From Chloroflexota bacterium (lineage in GTDB: Bacteria > Chloroflexota > Anaerolineae > J036 > Brachytrichaceae), in assembly GCA_031368515.1 (NCBI GenBank), contig JANMNW010000674.1:3969-67968 (forward strand): a stretch of DNA of 64,000 nt, written 5' to 3'. Of this stretch, positions 29,806-36,188 are shown piece after piece. The position numbers and the translations under genes were made by a program. Below the pieces are notes generated by a model that was not told where the DNA came from, searched no databases, and saw only the letters and a program-made list of their open reading frames with translations. Within the stretch, counting starts at the first letter, position 1. Each line of letters begins with the position of its first letter.

Positions 29806-30114
29806 TCACCCATCGGCCGAAATCGTGTGCGCAATCTCGGCGCGCGCCAGCGCCTCATGCTCTTCGACGATGCGCGCGGTTTCGCGCACATCGGTTGCCA
29901 GTTCGTCAAGCAGCGCCAGCGCGCGGCGCATGCGCGTGCGGCAGCTGAGGAGCTGCGCCATGAACTCCTGTTCCGCCACGCCATCCCAGCCTTCAAGCAA
30001 TTGCCGGTTGCGCGCATCGGCCCGGGCGAGGCAGCGCTTGATCACGCCGCCCTGCGCATCGAATGCTTGAGCCGTCGCCCGCAGCGCGTCGTATGGCGCC
30101 CGTATCGAGCTCAT
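29806..30114 (-). CDS. WXG100-family protein (paralogue 3)
   Basis: 102 aa with central LEGWDGVAEQEF. ATGA overlap with the stop of paralogue 2. Confidence 0.8.
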   Translation of the reverse strand: MSSIRAPYDALRATAQAFDAQGGVIKRCLARADARNRQLLEGWDGVAEQEFMAQLLSCRTRMRRALALLDELATDVRETARIVEEHEALARAEIAHTISADG

Positions 30115-30434
30115 GCTTCGCCTCCGGCAGTGTCATTGACCACGGCTGTCTCAATGGCGTCGCGCGCGCGCTGCTCCGCCAGGCGAATGGTGCGCGCCGT
30201 GATGTGCAGCGCAGTGCTGATCTGGTCAAGCACGAGCGGCACATGGCTCATGTCGCGCAGGCAGGCGGCGTAAGCCGGGTCAAATGCCGCGCGCGCCTTG
30301 CCCAGCCACAGCGGCGTCAGCTCGCCCACCGCTCGCTCAATGGCATGTATTGCCGCACGGGCTTCCTCTGCGCAACCGCCGATATCGAGCGCCACCGCCG
30401 TCATTTCGTCATAATTCAGGCGAATCTGGCCCAT
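30111..30434 (-). CDS. WXG100-family protein (paralogue 2)
   Basis: 107 aa. MGQIRLNYDEM, central W-L-G. AAGGAAGGA lies upstream of the ATG. Confidence 0.8.
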   Translation of the reverse strand: MGQIRLNYDEMTAVALDIGGCAEEARAAIHAIERAVGELTPLWLGKARAAFDPAYAACLRDMSHVPLVLDQISTALHITARTIRLAEQRARDAIETAVVNDTAGGEA

Positions 30435-30452
30435 CGAATCCTTCCTTGATCA

Positions 30453-30479
30453 ATGCGCGGCGCGGGTTGCCCCGCGCAT
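30453..30479 (-). promoter_or_regulatory. GC-rich stem-loop between WXG100 paralogues 1 and 2
   Basis: On the minus strand, GCGCGGG-GCAA-CCCGCGC (30460-30477) forms a 7-bp stem with a GNRA-type tetraloop. An alternative 8-bp stem is ATGCGCGG/CCGCGCAT (30453-60/30472-79). No U-tract follows. Confidence 0.5.
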
Positions 30480-30527
30480 CGAGCACCGTTCTAACAACTT
30501 GAAAAAATGAATTTGAGGGTTCGAACG

Positions 30528-30839
30528 CTAATTCGTGTCGTCCACGATCGCGCTGCCGATCTGCGCCCGCGCTTCTTCTTCAGCGCGCTGCACGAGGTCG
30601 GACGCTGTTTTGATGGCGGTGGAAATTTCGCTCATCATCAGCGGCGTGTGCTGCAGGCGCGCCATGCACGAATCGATCTGGGCGAGGAACTCGGTGTCCG
30701 CCACGCCCTCCCAACCCGCGCTCAGCTTGTCCGACTCGCCTTTCACGCGCTTAACCAGCTCGTCCGCCTGCTGCGACATCTGCATAAAGGTGTTCGAGCT
30801 CGCCGCCATCTCTTCATAGTTCATCTTGATTTGGCTCAT
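30528..30839 (-). CDS. WXG100-family protein (paralogue 1)
   Basis: 103 aa. MSQIKMNYEEM, central SAGWEGVADTEF. AAAGGAG lies upstream of the ATG at 30839. Confidence 0.85.
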   Translation of the reverse strand: MSQIKMNYEEMAASSNTFMQMSQQADELVKRVKGESDKLSAGWEGVADTEFLAQIDSCMARLQHTPLMMSEISTAIKTASDLVQRAEEEARAQIGSAIVDDTN

Positions 30840-30909
30840 GTCTGATTACTCCTTTGCGCCGGAGAGTGTTTGTCCGATCGCGCAGTTAGCATGACACAAA
30901 TCCGATGCG

Positions 30910-30945
30910 ATGAAGCTGACAGTTCCTGACAGTTCTGTCAGGTTC
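30910..30945 (-). promoter_or_regulatory. 36-bp operator-like element, copy 1 (upstream of the WXG100 operon)
   Basis: The plus strand reads ATGAAGCTGACAGTTCCTGACAGTTCTGTCAGGTTC. It matches 35985-36020 at 35 of 36 positions. It contains three 7-mers (CTGACAG, CTGACAG, CTGTCAG) starting at offsets 0, 10 and 19. Confidence 0.75.
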
Positions 30946-30955
30946 GCACATGCGC

Positions 30956-31582
30956 TCAGGCGAGCTTGAGCATGTAGCCCTTGCCGCGCACAGTCACGAT
31001 GAGGTCGCCCGCATCAGGGCTGATGCCGCGCAGCCGCAGCCGCAACCGGCTCAGCACTTGATCGAGCGCGTCGGAATCCATCAGGCCGTCGTAGTTGTGG
31101 CCCCATACCGCGCGGGCGCAATCGTGCCGCGCGCACACTTCACCGCGATGCTCAAACAAGTGCAGCAACAGGGCTTGTTGATCGCTGGACAAGTCGATTT
31201 TTTCGGCGTCCCAGAAAAAGCACCAGACTTTGAAATCGAAGCGCAAATGCGTGACCGGCTGCACAGTCTTGTCTTTGTCCAGATACACAATCAACCCGGT
31301 CGGATCGCCCAGGCCGATCTCGTCACCGTGCTTCAGCTTGTGGGGCGCACGCAACGGCCGGCCGTTGACAAATGTGCCATTCTGGCTTTGGCTGTCGCAC
31401 AAGACAAAGTAGTGACCATCCCAGGCAATGCGCGCATGCAGCCGTGATGTCAATGGACGCAGCACCACCATGGCGCAATCGCTCGCCCGGCCCAGCGTGC
31501 AGCCGCCGGCAGGCAGCACAATCATCTGCGGTGTGACTTCGGGAAAATTCGCCCGCAGTGCTTTGGTCGATGTCTTTGTCAT
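30956..31582 (-). CDS. FHA domain + OmpR/PhoB-type winged-helix DNA-binding domain transcriptional regulator
   Basis: FHA: CTLGRASDCAMVV..SRLHARI..DSQSQNGTFVNGRPL. C-terminal wHTH: LSSDQQALLLHLFEHRGEVCARHDCARAVWG...DALDQVLSRLRLRL...IVTVRGKGYMLK. ATG at 31582 lies within the longer ORF. Confidence 0.8.
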   Translation of the reverse strand: MTKTSTKALRANFPEVTPQMIVLPAGGCTLGRASDCAMVVLRPLTSRLHARIAWDGHYFVLCDSQSQNGTFVNGRPLRAPHKLKHGDEIGLGDPTGLIVYLDKDKTVQPVTHLRFDFKVWCFFWDAEKIDLSSDQQALLLHLFEHRGEVCARHDCARAVWGHNYDGLMDSDALDQVLSRLRLRLRGISPDAGDLIVTVRGKGYMLKLA

Positions 31583-31608
31583 CGTTTGCTCCCCAGAAAC
31601 GTTGTGAA

Positions 31609-34600
31609 TCATTGATTTTCCGGCGCTTTTAGCACAGCTTGCCCAATCGCGCTCAGCCAGTCGCCCCAGCCCCAGCCCTCCTCTTGCGGCACGGCAAATC
31701 GCGCGCGCAGCGGTTTGGACTGCCTGCGGCAGGTGTAGTAGCCGTGCCCGGCCGGCAACGGCTTGTCGCGTTCGCCCACGGGCAAGCGCAATCCAAAACC
31801 GACTGATTGCAGGCCGCCCAACACCACCCACGACTGCGCGTCCTTGATGCGTTTGAGCCAGCCGTCCAGCGCATCAAGCGCGCGATCAGGCCCGGCCATC
31901 AGCACATGAAAAGGCAAGCGTAAGCCGGCGCGTTCCAACAGGCCATCCAGCCGCTCTTTGGCCACGCGCGGCAATGCGCGGACAAAAGCGTCGGCGTCGT
32001 CAATCGCAAGCACCACCGCGGGCAGGCCGCGGGCTATCGTGGATGCGCTCCATTCCGGCGTCGCCGCGCGCGCGGCATGCTGCATCTCGCCCATGCTTTC
32101 CAGCGTGGCGGCAAGCTCATCAAGCAGCGCAGGAATTTCATCGCCATGCTGCGCACACTGGCGCACGTGCGGCAACCCGGACAGCGCGGCCAAGCCGTCG
32201 TCCGCGCCGCTGACATCGCACAGATACACCATCAGCTGGTCGGGATCGCGCGCACGCGCCAGCGACAGCAGCATGCTTTGCAGCACGGAGGTTTTTCCGC
32301 TTTGCGGCGCGCCGGTGACAAGCACGTGCGGGCTGGCGCCGATGTCAATCCGCAAAGGTTGTAAGTCCGCGGTCTGCAGCCCAACCGTGGCGACAAGCGG
32401 CTCGCCGGCACGTTCGCCGGACACACGCGCATGCGGCGCATCAGCCAGAAGCGCGCGCAAAGTCAACTCGGCCGGCATGGTCGCAATCGGCGGCGCGCGC
32501 CGCCCGGCGTATTGCGCGCGCAATGCGCCAGCCGCTTCGGCCAGTTGCGCCGCGCGCTCGGCATCGGTGGCGCCCGGCGCTGGCAGCGCCGCCTGGAATT
32601 CCAGCGGGCTCTGCCCCATCCGTTTGATCAGCCCGCGCCCGGGCGTCGCCGCCGGTTCCAGGCCGCCCGTCCGTCCAACCACTGCGGCATAGTCGGAGCG
32701 ATCCGCCAGTTGAAACGCAAGCGCGGCCGTGATATTGCCGCTCACGCGGCTGCGCACGTCAAGCGGTTTGTTGGCGCTGATCACCACATGCATCCCCAGC
32801 GGCGCGCCTTCGCGCACTACAGTGACCAGCGTATCTTCGTAGTCCATGCGGGCAAAAGCCGGATAGTTGTCGATGACCAGCAGGATCGCCGGCATGCCAG
32901 CCGCGGCGCCCAGATCGGCAAACTTGCGGCCGGCCAGCGCGTCTTTGCGCAAGGCCAATTCGCGCCGCAGCTGGCGAAACAGCCGCATCAGGCGTTCATC
33001 GTCGTCTTCAAACAGCACGGCGCCCACCTGCGGCAGCGCAGCCAACGCCGTCAGGCTGCGGCTGCCAAAGTCCAGCACGTAGGCATTTAGCTCGTCGGGC
33101 GAATGCGCACGCGCCAGCGCTAGCAACAGTGTTTGCAGCAAGGTTGATTTGCCTGCACCGGCCTGGCCGAACATCATCAGGTGCCCATCGCGGCCCAAAT
33201 CGATGATTGCCGCATCCTGCCGGCGCTCGCGCGGGTCGTCCATGCGGCCAATGACTGCGCGCAACCAGCCCGCAGTGTCGCCGGATGCGGCCGCCGATTC
33301 AAGCAGCAGCCGTTCGGGCAATGGATCGAGCCAGATGCGTTCGGCCGCTTGCACGTGTTCGGCGAGCGTTGTCCGGCGCACGTGGTCCATCAGCGCAGCC
33401 AACTGGCGCGGCTGTTCGCCGCCTGGCGGGCGCGGTTGCGTGATCCAGCAGCGCCGTTGCAGATCGGGCGTGCCATCGAGCAGCAGCGGCGCCACGTACC
33501 GTTGCGCCGCGTCCGGGTCTTCGTCCGGGTCGTAGCGCGCTCCGCCATACGCCGATTGAAATCGCTCATAGCGCTCATCGCTGCCCACCAGAAAGTATGC
33601 CTCTCCCGCGCGCGCAAGGTGAGCGGCATCGGGGCGTTTGAGCATTTCCTTGCTGTCACTTTCGTCCTGCACGCGCAGGCACAGCTTGAAGCGGCTGTTC
33701 GACCAGATCTGGTCGTCTACAACGCCAGACGGTTTTTGAGTGGCAAGGATCAGATGCACGCCCAGGCTGCGGCCGATTCGCGCGGCGCTGATCAGCTGCT
33801 TCATAAAGTCGGGCTGGTCGCGTTTCAGCTCGGCAAACTCATCCACGATGATCACCAGACGCGGCATGGCCTTGAAGCGATCGGCGCCGCCTGCCGCATA
33901 TAGGCGCTGATAGTCGTCGATATAGGTCACGCTGTGCTGATCAAAGATGCGTTGACGCCGCTTGAGCTCGCTGGCCAGCGCGATAAGCGCGCGGCGCGCG
34001 GCGCTGGGCTCAACGAGGTTGGTAATCACGCCGCTCAAATGCGGCAGGTCGATATCCGGCACGGGCGACACCGTGCGCGCGGCCGAACGCTGGCGCAGAA
34101 ACGCATTGGCCATGCCGCCGCCTTTGTAGTCAATCAACAAAAATGAAATCCACTCCGGGCTGAAGCGCACCGCCAGCGAAGCGATCAGGGTCTGCAACAA
34201 CTCGCTTTTGCCCGCGCCGGTTGTGCCGGCGACCAACCCATGCGCGCCATGGCCGCGATCTCCATCGCGCAAATCCAGCTGCAGCAATCGTCCACCCGCC
34301 GCGCGGCCGATCGGCACGACAAGCGAGCCTGCGTCCAAATGCGCATGCGTGCGCCACAGCCCGGCGACATCCACATCCTCCACGTGGCGGGCATCCCACA
34401 GTGAAAGCAGCGTCACGGCCGCAGGAATTTCAGCGGGTGCGGCGGTGCGGCGCAGCCGGATGGCTGACAGCGAGCGCGCCAACGCCTCGCACTCCAGCCC
34501 CGGCAGCGCGTCTACGCTGTCGAGCTGTCGCGGGCGGCCGTTGTCGGTCGCCGCAAACAGACGCGCGCGGCCGGCTTCATAGTGGACATAGGCGTCGCAC

Positions 34601-35946
34601 TCGCGCGGCAACAGATGCCGGTGGTCCGCCAGAAACACCGCGGTAAACCCTGCGCCGCGCGCCAGCGCAAGCAACTGCGGCAGCGCAGCATCTTGGCCAA
34701 ACAGGCCGGGCTCCGCCAGAAAGAAAAGGGTATGGCGCGGAAGCTGTTCAGCCCGCGCCTTGCGATGCGCGGCCAGCAAGACGGCGTCAAGCGCGCGTTT
34801 GGCGCCGTCGGGGTCGCACGCCAGCAGGCGATGGCGGTGTTCGGCATCCCACGCATGCGGCAACCAGCGCATCCAGCGCCACGCATCGCCCTCAGTTTCC
34901 GGGAAAACCGCGGCGAGTGCGAGATCGTCCGGGCTGTGATGCGCGGCCAGCTGCGCCGCCAGCGCGAAACAGGCGCGCAGCAGCGCGGCGCGCGGGCCGG
35001 CCAGCCCCAGCGCGCGCAACTGGCCGACCGGCACGCACAGCGGCACGCGCTCGATCGCGGCAAACGCGTCCGCCAGTTCAAGCATGCGGTCGCCCAGCGC
35101 ATCGGGCGCCAACAACGGCTCGTAGCGCGCAGTCTTGATCGTGAAGCGGGCGGGCGCGCGCCCAAGACCGATACGCGCCTGCAAGTAATCGGGGTCGCCC
35201 GGTTCGCGCATCCACACGCGCGCGCATTGCCGCACGCGGCCGCGCAGAGTGTGCAAGTCCGGGTCCTCGTCCAGCGCTTCGATTCGCAGGCGATTGACTT
35301 GCGCCGCCAGCTGCGCGCGACGTTGCTCCAGATATGAGTCGTAACGCGCGGCGCGTTCAGCCATATCGCGGGCATGGCGGCGCCGTTCGCTGACATAGGA
35401 CCACAGGCCTGTCAGCGCGGACGCGCCCATGAATCCGGTGGTGAGAAAGTTCATCGGACCGTTGGCATGCGGCAAGCTCACCGTTGCGGCCAGAGATGCG
35501 ACGGCAAACGCCGCCGGCATTACGATGCCCGGCCATTGCAGGCGCGGCGCGCTTGGCGCGTTGGGCGGCGCGGTCAGTTCGATCTCACCCCCTTCCAATT
35601 GAAAAAATGGACGCGGCGGGCGCTGGAAGAATGGCTGCGGCTTGGCGGGCAAAACGGCGGGCGAGCGGTCGCTGTGTTGCGGCCGCTCGGATACGCAGAC
35701 CAGATGCACCTGCGCGCCATCCCAAACACCAGCGTGATCCAGACTGTCCTCTGCCCGCAGCGGCACGCGCGCGTCGCATTGCTCGGCATGCGAGATGATC
35801 CAGTGTTGGCCGGCAGGGCATCGCCAGTCCAGCGCGCTGGCGATGGCCGGCGCAAGGTCATAGGCTGGCACATCAGCGGGCGCGCGCACGTCTTCGGGCG
35901 GCCAGCCTGCGGCATTGGCTGTAACAAACACCTGTCGCATCGTCAT
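31609..35946 (-). CDS. EssC/EccC-like FtsK/SpoIIIE-family type VII secretion ATPase with N-terminal YukD-like ubiquitin fold
   Basis: N-terminal ~85 aa resemble YukD/EsaB (QHWIIS..., SLDHAGVWDGAQVHLV). Two TM helices (WPGIVMPAAFAVASLAATVSL, MNFLTTGFMGASALTGLWSYV). Three P-loops: GTTGAGKSE, GQAGAGKST, GAPQSGKTS. Walker B motifs: VIIVDEFAEL, LLVIDNYPAF, VLAIDDADAF. The start is 35946 or 35940, not 35979 (see findings). Confidence 0.9.
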   Translation of the reverse strand: MTMRQVFVTANAAGWPPEDVRAPADVPAYDLAPAIASALDWRCPAGQHWIISHAEQCDARVPLRAEDSLDHAGVWDGAQVHLVCVSERPQHSDRSPAVLPAKPQPFFQRPPRPFFQLEGGEIELTAPPNAPSAPRLQWPGIVMPAAFAVASLAATVSLPHANGPMNFLTTGFMGASALTGLWSYVSERRRHARDMAERAARYDSYLEQRRAQLAAQVNRLRIEALDEDPDLHTLRGRVRQCARVWMREPGDPDYLQARIGLGRAPARFTIKTARYEPLLAPDALGDRMLELADAFAAIERVPLCVPVGQLRALGLAGPRAALLRACFALAAQLAAHHSPDDLALAAVFPETEGDAWRWMRWLPHAWDAEHRHRLLACDPDGAKRALDAVLLAAHRKARAEQLPRHTLFFLAEPGLFGQDAALPQLLALARGAGFTAVFLADHRHLLPRECDAYVHYEAGRARLFAATDNGRPRQLDSVDALPGLECEALARSLSAIRLRRTAAPAEIPAAVTLLSLWDARHVEDVDVAGLWRTHAHLDAGSLVVPIGRAAGGRLLQLDLRDGDRGHGAHGLVAGTTGAGKSELLQTLIASLAVRFSPEWISFLLIDYKGGGMANAFLRQRSAARTVSPVPDIDLPHLSGVITNLVEPSAARRALIALASELKRRQRIFDQHSVTYIDDYQRLYAAGGADRFKAMPRLVIIVDEFAELKRDQPDFMKQLISAARIGRSLGVHLILATQKPSGVVDDQIWSNSRFKLCLRVQDESDSKEMLKRPDAAHLARAGEAYFLVGSDERYERFQSAYGGARYDPDEDPDAAQRYVAPLLLDGTPDLQRRCWITQPRPPGGEQPRQLAALMDHVRRTTLAEHVQAAERIWLDPLPERLLLESAAASGDTAGWLRAVIGRMDDPRERRQDAAIIDLGRDGHLMMFGQAGAGKSTLLQTLLLALARAHSPDELNAYVLDFGSRSLTALAALPQVGAVLFEDDDERLMRLFRQLRRELALRKDALAGRKFADLGAAAGMPAILLVIDNYPAFARMDYEDTLVTVVREGAPLGMHVVISANKPLDVRSRVSGNITAALAFQLADRSDYAAVVGRTGGLEPAATPGRGLIKRMGQSPLEFQAALPAPGATDAERAAQLAEAAGALRAQYAGRRAPPIATMPAELTLRALLADAPHARVSGERAGEPLVATVGLQTADLQPLRIDIGASPHVLVTGAPQSGKTSVLQSMLLSLARARDPDQLMVYLCDVSGADDGLAALSGLPHVRQCAQHGDEIPALLDELAATLESMGEMQHAARAATPEWSASTIARGLPAVVLAIDDADAFVRALPRVAKERLDGLLERAGLRLPFHVLMAGPDRALDALDGWLKRIKDAQSWVVLGGLQSVGFGLRLPVGERDKPLPAGHGYYTCRRQSKPLRARFAVPQEEGWGWGDWLSAIGQAVLKAPENQ

Positions 35947-35984
35947 TTCCAGGAACGGCGATAGTGTGCGACAAAGCATGCAGA

Positions 35985-36020
35985 ATGAAGCTGACAGTTG
36001 CTGACAGTTCTGTCAGGTTC
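35985..36020 (-). promoter_or_regulatory. 36-bp operator-like element, copy 2 (upstream of essC-like gene, in the divergent region with the kinase)
   Basis: The plus strand reads ATGAAGCTGACAGTTGCTGACAGTTCTGTCAGGTTC, one mismatch from copy 1. Confidence 0.75.
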
Positions 36021-36081
36021 AGTTGAGCCGATCACATAATGGCGCGCAGCGCGAATTTATGTACACAAAACGACGCTATAG

Positions 36082-36145
36082 CCGGAGAAAACTTTAAGAG
36101 TTTTCATCTCTTAAAGAGATGAAAACTCTTAAAGTTTTCTCCCGG
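36082..36145. repeat. AT-rich 64-nt near-perfect palindrome with nested GAAAAC-N7-GTTTTC sites
   Basis: GGAGAAAACTTTAAGAGTTTTCATCTCTT (36084-36112) | A (36113) | AAGAGATGAAAACTCTTAAAGTTTTCTCC (36114-36142) forms 29 perfect base pairs. The outer CC/GG pair follows after a 1-nt bulge. Each arm contains GAAAAC-N7-GTTTTC (36087-36105 and 36121-36139). Confidence 0.85.
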
Positions 36146-36188
36146 TCATGACGAATCGCTCGTTTGACTCTACAATCTTCACGACGGC

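Noticed and set aside
30505-30530. GGGTTCGAACGC, resembling a tRNA T-arm/T-loop
   Set aside because: No acceptor, D or anticodon arms can be drawn around it. It is the 3' flank of a WXG100 gene.
35947-35979. N-terminal 11-13 codon extension of the essC-like ORF (MLCRTLSPFLE)
   Set aside because: Its ATG lies 5 nt from the 36-bp element, inside sequence that is conserved with the non-coding WXG100 promoter region. The downstream ATGs at 35946 and 35940 were preferred.
36039-36122. 27-codon plus-strand mini-ORF (MARSANLCTQNDAIAGENFKSFHLLKR) running into the AT-rich palindrome
   Set aside because: It has no ribosome-binding site and ends inside the palindrome. It is most simply a chance ORF, and the palindrome itself is the feature.
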